From Macrostomum lignano (Eukaryota): a stretch of 64,000 bases of DNA. Below the pieces are notes generated by a model, which made no database searches, was not told where the DNA came from, and saw only the letters and a list, made by a program, of their open reading frames with translations. The stretch is from NCBI GenBank assembly GCA_002269645.1, contig NIVC01000542.1, positions 186,001-250,000 of the forward strand, in the 5' to 3' direction. Each line of letters starts with the position of its first letter. The stretch's first letter is position 1. Of this stretch, positions 23,201 through 34,702 are shown in pieces. The translations under genes and the position numbers were made by a program.

Positions 23201-26200
23201 CATTGTCGGGATGAGGATTAAGAGATTCTCGGATGAGGATTAAGAGACATTCTCGGGATGCGGATTAAGAGACATTCTCGGGATGCGGATTAAGAGACAT
23301 TCTCGGAATGCGGATTAAGAGACGTTCTCGGATGAAGATTAAGAGACGTTCTCAGGATGAAGATTAAGAGATTCTCGGGATGAGGATTAAGAGACATTCT
23401 CGGGATGCGGATTAAGAGACATTGTCGGGATGGGGATTAAGAGACATTCTCGGGATGAGGATTAAGAGACATTCTCAGGATGAGGATTAAGAGACATTCT
23501 CGGGATGAGGATTAAGAGACATTCTCGGGATGCGGATTAAGAGTCATTCTCGGGATGAGGATTAAGAGACATTCTCGGGATGAAGATTAAGAGACGTTCT
23601 CGGGATGAAGATTAAGAGACATTCTCGGGATGGGGATTAAGAGACATTCTCGGGATGCGGATTAAGAGACATTCTCGGGATGGGGATTAAGAGACATTGT
23701 CGGGATGAGGATTAAGAGATTCTCGGGATGAGGATTAAGAGACATTCTCGGGATGAAGATTAAGAGACGTTCTCGGGATGCGGATTAAGAGACATTCTCG
23801 GGATGGGGATTAAGAGACGTTCTCGGGATGCGGATTAAGAGACATTCTCGGGATGAGGATTAAGAGACATTCTCGGATGGGGATTAAGAGACGTTCTCGG
23901 GATGAAGATTAAGAGATTCTCGGATGAGGATTAAGAGACATTCTCGGGATGCGGATTAAGAGACATTCTCGGGATGCGGATTAAGAGACATTCTCGGGAT
24001 GCGGATTAAGAGACGTTCTCGGGATGAAGATTAAGAGATTCTCGGGATGAGGATTAAGAGACATTTTTGGGATGAGGATTAAGAGACAATCTCGGGATGA
24101 GGATTAAGAGACATTCTCGGGATGCGGATTAAGAGACATTCTCGGGATGCGGATTAAGAGACGTTCTCGGGATGAAGATTAAGAGATTCTCGGGATGAGG
24201 ATTAAGAGACATTCTCGGGATGAAGATTAAGAGACGTTCTCGGGATGCGGATTAAGAGACATTCTCGGGATGGGGATTAAGAGACGTTCTCGGGATGCGG
24301 ATTAAGAGACATTCTCGGGATGAGGATTAAGAGACATTGTCGGGATGAGGATTAAGAGATTCTCGGGATGCGGATTAAGAGACATTCTCGGGATGAAGAT
24401 TAAGAGACGTTCTCGGGATGCGGATTAAGAGACATTCTCGGGATGGGGATTAAGAGACGTTCTCGGGATGCGGATTAAGAGACATTCTCGGGATGAGGAT
24501 TAAGAGACATTCTCGGGATGGGGATTAAGAGACGTTCTCGGGATGAAGATTAAGAGATTCTCGGGATGAGGATTAAGAGACATTCTCGGGATGAGGATTA
24601 AGAGTCATTCTTAGGATGAGGATTAAGAGACATTCTCGGGATGAAGATTAAGAGACATTCTTAGGATGAGGATTAAGAGACATTGTCGGGATGAGGATTA
24701 AGAGACATTCTCGGGATGAGGATTAAGAGTCATTCTCGGGATGGGGATTAAGAGACATTGTCGGGATGGGGATTAAGAGACATTCTCGGGATGAGGATTA
24801 AGAGACATTCTCAGTATGAGGATTAAGAGACATTCTCGGATGAGGATTAAGAGACATTCTCGGGATGCGGATTAAGAGTCATTCTCGGGATGAGGATTAA
24901 GAGACATTCTCGGGATGAAGATTAAGAGACGTTCTCGGGATGAAGATTAAGAGATTCTCGGGATGAGGATTAAGAGACATTCTCGGGATGCGGATTAAGA
25001 GACATTCTCGGGATGAGGATTAAGAGTCATTCTCGGGATGAGGATTAAGAGACATTCTCGGGATGCGGATTAAGAGACATTGTCGGGATGAGGATTAAGA
25101 GATTCTCGGATGAGGATTAAGAGACATTCTCGGGATGGGGATTAAGAGACATTGTCGGGATGAGGATTAAGAGATTCTCGGGATGAGGATTAAGAGACAT
25201 TCTCGGGATGCGGATTAAGAGACATTCTCGGGATGCGGATTAAGAGACATTCTCGGGATGCGGATTAAGAGTCATTCTCGGGATGAGGATTAAGAGACAT
25301 TCTCGGGATGAAGATTAAGAGACGTTCTCGGGATGAAGATTAAGAGATTCTCGGGATGAGGATTAAGAGACATTCTCGGGATGCGGATTAAGAGACATTG
25401 TCGGGATGGGGATTAAGAGACATTCTCGGGATGAGGATTAAGAGACATTCTCGGGATGAGGATTAAGAGACATTCTCGGGATGCGGATTAAGAGTCATTC
25501 TCGGGATGAGGATTAAGAGACATTCTCGGGATGAAGATTAAGAGACGTTCTCGGGATGAAGATTAAGAGATTCTCGGGATGAGGATTAAGAGACATTCTC
25601 GGGATGCGGATTAAGAGACATTCTCAGGATGGGGATTAAGAGACATTGTCGGGATGAGGATTAAGAGATTCTCGGGATGAGGATTAAGAGACATTCTCGG
25701 GATGGGGATTAAGAGACATTGTCGGGATGAGGATTAAGAGATTCTCGGGATGAGGATTAAGAGACATTCTCGGGATGCGGATTAAGAGACATTCTCGGGA
25801 TGCGGATTAAGAGACATTCTCGGAATGCGGATTAAGAGACGTTCTCGGGATGAAGATTAAGAGACGTTCTCGGGATGAAGATTAAGAGATTCTCGGGATG
25901 AGGATTAAGAGACATTCTCGGGATGCGGATTAAGAGACATTGTCGGGATGGGGATTAAGAGACATTCTCGGGATGAGGATTAAGAGACATTCTCAGGATG
26001 AGGATTAAGAGACATTCTCGGGATGAGGATTAAGAGACATTCTCGGGATGCGGATTAAGAGTCATTCTCGGGATGAGGATTAAGAGACATTCTCGGGATG
26101 AAGATTAAGAGACGTTCTCGGGATGAAGATTAAGAGACATTCTCGGGATGGGGATTAAGAGACATTCTCGGGATGCGGATTAAGAGACATTCTCGGGATG

Positions 26201-27972
26201 GGGATTAAGAGACATTGTCGGGATGAGGATTAAGAGATTCTCGGGATGAGGATTAAGAGACATTCTCGGGATGAAGATTAAGAGACGTTCTCGGGATGCG
26301 GATTAAGAGACATTCTCGGGATGGGGATTAAGAGACGTTCTCGGGATGCGGATTAAGAGACATTCTCGGGATGAGGATTAAGAGACATTCTCGGGATGGG
26401 GATTAAGAGACGTTCTCGGGATGAAGATTAAGAGATTCTCGGGATGAGGATTAAGAGACATTCTCGGGATGCGGATTAAGAGACATTCTCGGGATGCGGA
26501 TTAAGAGACATTCTCGGGATGCGGATTAAGAGACGTTCTCGGGATGAAGATTAAGAGATTCTCGGGATGAGGATTAAGAGACATTTTTGGGATGAGGATT
26601 AAGAGACAATCTCGGGATGAGGATTAAGAGACATTCTCGGGATGCGGATTAAGAGACATTCTCGGGATGCGGATTAAGAGACGTTCTCGGGATGAAGATT
26701 AAGAGATTCTCGGGATGAGGATTAAGAGACATTCTCGGGATGAAGATTAAGAGACGTTCTCGGGATGCGGATTAAGAGACATTCTCGGGATGGGGATTAA
26801 GAGACGTTCTCGGGATGCGGATTAAGAGACATTCTCGGGATGAGGATTAAGAGACATTGTCGGGATGAGGATTAAGAGATTCTCGGGATGCGGATTAAGA
26901 GACATTCTCGGGATGAAGATTAAGAGACGTTCTCGGGATGCGGATTAAGAGACATTCTCGGGATGGGGATTAAGAGACGTTCTCGGGATGCGGATTAAGA
27001 GACATTCTCGGGATGAGGATTAAGAGACATTCTCGGGATGGGGATTAAGAGACGTTCTCGGGATGAAGATTAAGAGATTCTCGGGATGAGGATTAAGAGA
27101 CATTCTCGGGATGCGGATTAAGAGACATTCTCGGGATGCGGATTAAGAGACATTCTCGGGATGCGGATTAAGAGACATTCTCGGGATGCGGATTAAGAGA
27201 CGTTCTCGGGATGAAGATTAAGAGATTCTCGGGATGAGGATTAAGAGACATTTTTGGGATGATGATTAAGAGACAATCTCGGGATGAGGATTAAGAGACA
27301 TTTTCGGGATGCGGATTAAGAGACATTCTCGGGATGCGGATTAAGAGACGTTCTCGGGATGAATATTAAGAGATTCTCGGGATGAGGATTAAGAGACATT
27401 TTTGGGATGAGGATTAAGAGACAATCTCGGGATGAGGATTAAGAGATTCTCGGGATGAGGATTAAGAGACATTTTTGGGATAAGGATTAAGAGACAATCT
27501 CGGGATGAGGATTAAGAGACATTTTTGGGATGAGGATTAAGAGACAATCTCGGGATGAGGATTAAGAGACATTCTCGGGATGAGGAAGAGACATTCTCGG
27601 GATGGGGATTAAGAGACAAATAAAAATTAGCAGGCTTACCAGCCCCATCAGACGGGACTTGAAGTCACCCAGCGATCCCGCAGGCGCAGTCCTGCCGAGA
27701 CTGCCATGCAGAGCGGACGAAGGGCCGCCGGCAGCTGAAGCGGCAGCAGGTGTGGCAGCGGCGGACTCGCCAGCAGCGCCGCCGTCGCCAACGTCAACAG
27801 CCAGCAGCTGGGGGTCGAGTGATTCGCCGCCGCGGCACACCGACAGCTCCGGCTCGGACTGCCAGCGGTCCGTCCCGGCCGCAGCGGCGGCTCCGATCGC
27901 CTGCTGGTCCGGCGGCGGCGGCTGCTGCTGCCGCGGCCCGCCTCGGCGGAACAGATTTCTCAGCCGCTTCAT
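20266..27972 (-). CDS. Low-complexity protein of about 426 aa with a CRACD/KIAA1211 (DUF4592)-like motif. Exons 27972-27640, 21880-21059, 20391-20266
   Basis: Three GC-rich exons with phase-0 GT-AG junctions (CTG|GTAAGC, CTTCTAG|GAG, CCG|GTAAGT, TTTGACAG|CCG) giving MKRLRNLFRR...SLDHSAAHHRMAVRRRRP...SRVLEMVRRMET*. The family link rests on one recalled motif. Confidence 0.7.
20423..20818. repeat. Intronic tandem repeat, 65-66 bp unit, 6 copies
   Basis: GCCAGTCTGATGAAGGGAGGCTGCGGGCGCTGCCGCAATC...TTGACAA repeated. Confidence 0.93.
21955..27618. repeat. 5.6-kb intronic satellite, 25 bp unit GGGATGAGGATTAAGAGACATTCTC (23-bp variants), with a higher-order period of about 2.52 kb
   Basis: Tandem array; rare variants recur about 2520 bp apart. 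Confidence 0.97.
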
Positions 27973-28897
27973 CAGCTGCTGGGAGGCTGCAAGCCGAGGG
28001 CTGGAGTGGAAGATTCGATACTGTCAGAATTATTGATTACTGGGACAAATGCAAACTTGCCCCTGGCAACTATCAGCAACAGGCCTCAAGCGCTAAGCTA
28101 AGCAAAAGAAGAAACGAAGCAAGACAGGAGCCTTTTGCTTTTTTTGCTTGATTTTGAACTAAATTTATTTGACAAACATGCCGGTCGAATATTCTTTTAA
28201 ATGTACGCGCAATATTTGCAAATTACAGACGCGAGACAACATGATCGGTGGCTACAAATTGATGCTTACACAGGCTGGGTGCGGCCGCTGAGAACTGCTC
28301 CGAGAACTCAGAGATGGACAAACAGAGAGCCAGAATTAGAGCAGAGGCAGGGAATCATCATACATGAATATATATAGAAGTATATAAGTTATAACAAATA
28401 AGAAAATATGTAAAGCCCAGTCTAAGCGAAGTGGGAGAGGAACTGGGGCAGCGCGATACTCCAATAGACGAGAACAACAGAATTTTGTTGCAAAAATTAC
28501 ACGGGGCTGCCAACTTCAAAGGGCCGCAGACGATGCAAAATCAGCGATAGGAGGACACTGGGCCTCATCTGCGCTGCTTGGACAGGTGCGGAAGCTGCGC
28601 GTACGCAGGCAAATTTATCTGGTAAATAAAGCCGCATGATTGGCAGCTCGCGGTCTGTCAATCTCTCTCTCGCAGTCCCCGGCGTCGCACTCAGGCTTCA
28701 CTGCAGCCACAATAAGCCGGAGGGTCTAAAAACGGCACAGAATCAATCGGACGCGATAGAAAGTGCGGATCGGACAGGCAAACAGAAAAAACTGGTGCAA
28801 ACTGCGCCCTGGCTGGCGGCAATACAACAACAGCTATTATAGCGGGAGGGGCGGCTGAGACACAAAAATAGCGGAGATGCGGGACTGCTGACAGCCG

Positions 28898-31562
28898 CTA
28901 AATGGGATCCTGCGGCAGCGGGAACTGGCGCAGAGGATAGCCCGGATTGTAGCCGCCGTCATCCTCAGGAGACGCGGCCACCTGGGCGGCTGCCGGGATA
29001 CGCAGCTGCTGATGATGCTGGCCGGCCTTGCCGGGGCTCGGGCGCAGTTTGCGGCCCCAGTTGCGCAGGTGCTCGGCCTTCTCGCACGGCCGATGCCGAC
29101 TGTAATAAGCGGCGTCGGTGAGGTCCTCCGACATGCCAGGCGTCTCCTGGAGGCGGCACAGGCGGAGCGCGGCCTGGGCGGGCGCGGCGCCGTTGGCGGC
29201 CGCAGGTTTGGCCAGCTTGGCGTACACGCGGATGTCCGAGGCGGGCGGCAGGGCGGGCACGGGGCGCCAGCTGGGGGTGGAAATCTCCCGGTACTCGATG
29301 GGTTCGTAGTGGTGCGGCGTCCACGGGGGCGACTCCGGCGACAGCTCGCCGTCGTCCTCCGCAGCCAGCTCGGCTGAGCCGTTGAAGCCAACAGCGGCAT
29401 CGCCGTCCGCAGGTTTCTGATGCTGCTGGAGCGGCGGCTGCAGCTTCTTCATCAGCGCAGTGGAGGTGAGGGATGGGATTTTCAATGGCGGCGGATTCTG
29501 GCGCTGGCGGCGGTGAGGCTGCTGCTGCTGCTTTTGCCTGGCCGCTGAAGAGCTGGAGGAGGACGAGCTCGCCTGCGACATCGCGTCAAGGGATGACGGC
29601 AGAGGCTTCCTGCGGTGCTGCTGCTGCTGCTTGGTGGCCTGGCCTGCCTGCTGCTCCTGCTGCTGGCGCTGCCTGGACCGCTTCTTCCTGAAGATGGACG
29701 ACACGGCCGTCTCGATGTGCTGGCGATCGGCCGGCGGCCCCAGCGCCGGGTGGCAGGCGGGGTCCAGCTGCTGCGCCCGCTCCGAGATCGGCGCCTGCGC
29801 GTTCGCCGGGCGGGCCCGATTACGCCAGCCGCCGCACAGAGCGCAGCCGGGCAGCGGTGGGGCGCAGGAGCAGCGCACGAGGCCGCCGGCGGTGCTGGCG
29901 GCGGACATTCGCGGCGGCTGAAGCCGGACGCGGCGCCGGCCGCCGGCCAGCAGCTGAGGGGGCGCCGGCACGCAGCGGCTGGCGGAGCTGGTGGGATCGA
30001 AGCGCCAGGGCTTGTTGGACAGGCGATCGCAGAGGTCAGAGTAGGCGCGGAGGCGGCAGTCTACGTCGCTGAGCTGCTGGCTCACCTGCGATAGCGCGGG
30101 TTGGAGGAGGCAAAGGTAAGAGCAAGTAGGGATATTATGGGCGCCTGATGACTGCCACTCCAGATACTGCATGTAGACGTCCCTGACACCAAATATGCAC
30201 TAGTTCTAGAGATCCTAGGCTCGGCAGTCCATGGTCTCACCCAAAAGCAACGTCGCCATCAGCAGCATTTCTCTCAACTCACCCACTGCCAGCGGGTGAC
30301 CAGCTGAGCCCGCTTGCGGAACCAGGCCTCCCGCTCCTTCAGCGCAGCGGACGAAGTCTCGGACACGCCGGCCGAGCTGTCGTCGCTGTCCGCCACACTG
30401 TCATCGTGGCTGTCGGAGTCGGTGGCGTCGCTGTCCATGCAGGAGTGCAGCAAGCGGGACAAGCCGGGCAAACAGGAGGCCTCTGGCAGATTTCTGTTGA
30501 CCGCCGGGTCGCCTAACAGAGCCTCAAAGCTGCCGGATGGGCAGTCGGGCTGCACGAGGCGACTCGCCAGCTCCTGGGTTGCGCACTCGGCGAACCCGAG
30601 GCCGGCGCCAGTCAGCAGGGTGCGGGTCAGCGAGTCCAAGCCTTCAAGCTGCGCCTCAGCGTCCAGATGGGCCGTCCAGGCTGACAACTGGCCCTGAGAT
30701 TGGGTAACGGATGACTTCCAGTCGGGTGAGTTAAGGTTTGAGTCATGTGGGTTTGGGTTCGAGTCGGATGGTTTAGGGTTCGAGTCGGATGGGTTAGGGT
30801 TCGAGTCGGATGGGTTAGGGACAGGGTTCGAGTCGGATGGGTTAGGGTTCGAGTCGGATGGGTTAGGGTTTGAGTTGGGTGGGTTAGGGTTTGAGTCGGG
30901 TGGGTTAGGGTTTGAGTCGGGTGGGTTATGGTTCGAGTCGGGTTGGTTAGGGTTTGAGTCGGGTGGGTTAGGGTTCGAGTCGGGTGGGTTAGGGTTTGAG
31001 TCGGGTGGGTTAGGGATCAAGTCGAGTTTGGAGTCAGGTTTTCGGTGAAGAGATCAGAGTTCTTGAGCTTGGGTACTTGGCAGTTAACATTTACAAGCGT
31101 TGTTAAATAAAAACTACAAACTTGGCGATAGCCGAGCCGCTGCTGCAAGCTCGCGGACTCCAACGGCGTCTGCTCCGCGGGCTCATCGCTGACTGACTGG
31201 GGGAGCGGCTGCTGCTGTTGCTGCTGCTGCTGTGGCGGCGACTGCGGCAGTTTCGGCCTGGCCTCGGCCAAGCCATTGGCGCAGTGCTGGGGCGACATGT
31301 CGTCAGCGGTGCAGCCGGTGTTGCCATCTTTGTTATTTCCGGCGGCCGTTTCGCCGTCGCTATGGCAACCGCTGCCGCTGCTTCTACTGCCGCCAGCTGC
31401 GGACTGCGGCGGCTCTGGAGAGCCAGAATCCGCAGCTGAAGCAGCCAGCTGCTCCTGCTGGGCTGCGCTCACGACGGCGGCTGCTGCTGCTGCTGCGGCG
31501 CACGACATGTTGTTGATGCATTGTTGTTGGGGGGGCTGCTGCTGCTGCTCCAATATTACCAT
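28898..31562 (-). CDS. KANSL1: KANSL1/NSL1-like subunit of the NSL histone acetyltransferase complex (PEHE domain). Exons 31562(start uncertain)-31122, 30693-30283, 30085-28898; about 679 aa
   Basis: MDSDATDSDS...AWFRKRAQLVTRWQW|VSQQLSDVDCRLR; RCSC...CALC; DPACHPAL; PEHE-like EISTPSWR...EDLTDAAYYSRHRPCEKAE; C-terminal LRQFPL. Junctions are phase 0. Confidence 0.85.
30735..31015. repeat. Intronic minisatellite, 21 bp unit GGGTTAGGGTT(C/T)GAGTCGG(A/G)T containing the TTAGGG hexamer
   Basis: About 13 copies in KANSL1 intron 30694-31121. Confidence 0.92.
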
Positions 31563-33204
31563 TCGGCTACGCCGCGGGGGGTAGCCGGGGCTTCGCTCAG
31601 GAGGCCGTGGGCGCCGAAGCTGCTGGAGCTGCTGGGACTGATGATGGAGCTTTGAATCAAAGTGAGAGGTTGATGCTGCCGCTGCCGGGAGCTTCTCATG
31701 GGCGCAATGACAGAAAATTGGTTAGTGCGGACAGCAGATTACAGTATGCTTGAATGAATGGTTTAAAACTGAGCCAAGTTAGTTGCGGCTGAAGAGCATT
31801 GCATCAATGAGTGAGAAATTTATAAGTTTGACTATGAAGCTGAGCACTGCCAGACATCACAGCTAGAACCAAACCAAATGGTTGAATCGAACAAACATTT
31901 ATGTAACCATTTAGTTGTAAGCCATACAGTATATTAAAGTTATATAAAACAGTGACAACCAAAATTGAAAAATTGGAAGTATTTTACTTACTTAAAGTTT
32001 AAGAAGTCCCATCAAACTATCTGGGAAATGAAGCAAGTAATATTTAATGAGCTTAATTTTTTGAGGCATAACTATTGGACCATATTCTATAAGATTTTAC
32101 TATAAGCGCATTTAGGACATGAGTTTAAAATTTTGATGCGGCTAAGGTGTGGCTAGCAACATAGAAGTAAATTGAATTGAGTTATAGAGAGTCCGTAGAG
32201 AGAAAAATATTATAAAATAGAAATGAAACTAAACCTTTTTTTTCAAATTAAAATGCCAAGTCAGCTTAACAAAATGAATAATACCATCATTTTTAAAGTA
32301 AATAAGTACTGCAAAAACAAAGCATTTGCTATTAAATAAGGTCTCCATTCCTATTTTTGTCCAGTTTTAATATATAATTTAGGCATCGAAAAGCAATCTG
32401 GGGCACCAAAATGCTAACCTACCAAAAAGCATAGGCACCGAAAAGCATAGATACCCTTTTAAATATATATATATATGATATTTTCAATAAAAATGGTCTC
32501 AATTTTCATTGATAATAAACCAAAGGAATGCCATTAGTTATTAGTTACTAGGCCAAATATTTGATACTATACTATATAAGACTAAGAATAGGTCTAGATA
32601 GTTATAATAATATTGAGATAGTGCCTGAATTAATAGCCTATTTTTATATGCACAAATAATACTCAATGTTTTTGCTATGTTTTCTTAGAAATGCACACAG
32701 TTGAATTTACATGAAAAGGAAATTATTCTTGAAAAGGAACTTTTGTTTAAATGTTTTTATTCTCAAAAATATTAGCTTTTGTTTAAAACATGACGGAAAT
32801 TCTAGTATAAATAGAAGCCTTGAGCAGGCCAAGAGAAGAAACTTGACTTGCCGCAAGCTTCCAATTGCGAGCAAAATTTAACAAGTCTTTATTAAACAGT
32901 TGTTCAAATTGACTTATTCATTTTCTAGAGTATTAAGCCTCTCATTGGGAGTATCAGAAACCACAGAAAGTGAGAATCACCTCAGGGCAATAATTGTAAA
33001 TTCACCTCAGGGCAGAACAACCACTTAAAGCAGGAGAATTTGCTTCAGGGTGGGGAAAATGCGTAAAGCTGTGACCCTCTGATCCTGGGAATGCCAGGAC
33101 TAAGAGACTAAGAATTAGACAGTGCCAATAGATTGCTCAGGCTAAAAGTACAGCAGTACATGCATAGACTATACATGCGCAAACCCCTGATTTACACTGG
33201 CCAT

Positions 33205-33828
33205 GCAACCGATATTGCGGAAGGTGTAGTATACGCTGGAAAATTCCGGCATACAAATGCTTTAGCTGGCATACATCTGGCGTACAAATGCTTTAAGTGG
33301 CTTACATCTGGCGTACAAATTCTTTGGCTGGCGTACATCTATTGTAACCGGAGGAAATACAACCTCCAAGCACAATCATCTACTTACAATTCTTAACTAT
33401 ACTTGTTCAAGCTTTCAGCGCAGCATACAAAAGCATTGATGTACGACACCATTACATAAATTACGCTAAATAGTCAATAAAGTTACTTCGCTAAGTTATG
33501 ACAATAAATTGAATGTTCAAACAATATATCAAACAATAAGTTCTTTTTAAAAAATGTACCTTAACTAGTAGTAAATGTAAAAACTTTGTTTTACTAATAA
33601 TTTTTGTTTTTTAAACGATGTACATTTTCAATTTTACTTTTTTATGGTAATTTTTTGATGTGCGCCTCAGCATGCTTCTTTCATAGTTTTTGTGCTTGTT
33701 AATCATGCATTTTTTATTGGCATACAATTTACTAGAACCCTTAATTTGCGTACTTTATTGGCGTACACTTTATTATATAGCCAGATACTTTCCGGCGTAT
33801 ATATGACACGATCCGCAATATGGCATGC
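33205..33828. mobile_element. Degenerate MITE-like element with imperfect inverted termini and subterminal GGC(A/G)TACA repeats
   Basis: ATATTGCGGAAGGTGTAGTATACGCTGGAAA (about 33212) is an imperfect inverted match to TTTCCGGCGTATATATGACACGATCCGCAATAT (about 33789-33821). No clear TSD. Confidence 0.5.
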
Positions 33829-33861
33829 GACTTACTTGTAAGAGAAACCTAACACAATTTT

Positions 33862-33925
33862 GGGTAAACAGCAGGAGTAACTATGACTGTCCTATAAGGG
33901 CTAAATGCCTTGTCATCTAATTAGT
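33862..33925 (+). pseudogene. Degenerate 64-bp fragment of eukaryotic 28S rRNA spanning the R2/I-PpoI target region
   Basis: GGGTAAACAGCAGGAGTAACTATGACTGTCCTATAAGGGCTAAATGCCTTGTCATCTAATTAGT compared with the recalled conserved LSU sequence GGGTAAACGGCGGGAGTAACTATGACTCTCTTAAGGTAGCCAAATGCCTCGTCATCTAATTAGT. Confidence 0.85.
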
Positions 33926-34060
33926 ACTAAATCTATATTTTTTAGGCTGGGCATTTTTGCGACTTACCCCTGGTTCACCACAATTTATGTTGGCTAGATC
34001 AGCCAGCAGTTGAGCATGTATGGTATAGACGCTACCAATAGAAGCAGATAAGTAGGATTA

Positions 34061-34702
34061 CAGTTGTTTTGGTGACAAGACATTTCAGTGACAGTCCTTT
34101 CGATGACAAGCAAAAGTCATTTTGGTGACAAGAAAAATACAATTTTAGTTATAGCCATTCTGTTTTTAAACAGAAAATTACTTAGAAAATCTCAAAGGAT
34201 ATTGAGCCTAAAATTTTGTAATTTTTCAACAGTTAAGTATTTCTGTATTTAATTTTGTTTATTTACAATTATACAGTTGCAGTCTTTTGAATTATGTTTT
34301 CTAATTTAAACATGCAAAAGCATCAATGAGTGAATATCTTCGCCTTTCTTGTGGTCTGCATTTCATGAGGATTCTCTATAGGTTTATGGTTTATGTATCT
34401 GAATACTCTGGGATAATTCAAAATGATCTATACAGGAAGAAAACAATATAATTAGTTTGATTTCTTTTCTTAAATATATTCTTTCAACGAAAATTTTTAA
34501 ATACATTAGGAAACATAAATCTTAACAAAATAATTACAACTGAATATTGTGAAATGCCTCTTATCACTAAAATGACAATACTCATGAAATCTGATTTTTC
34601 ATTGAAAATGAAATGTGTCTACCACAATAGCAACTTGTCACCAAAACAACTATTTATCATCGAAATGTCTATGACCGAAACGTCTTATCACCAAAACAAC
34701 TG
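34061..34702. mobile_element. MITE-like element with imperfect terminal inverted repeats of about 70 bp
   Basis: CAGTTGTTTTGGTGACAAGACATTTC... at left and ...GAAACGTCTTATCACCAAAACAACTG at right. GATAAGT(AG) flanks both sides as a candidate TSD. No coding capacity. Confidence 0.65.
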
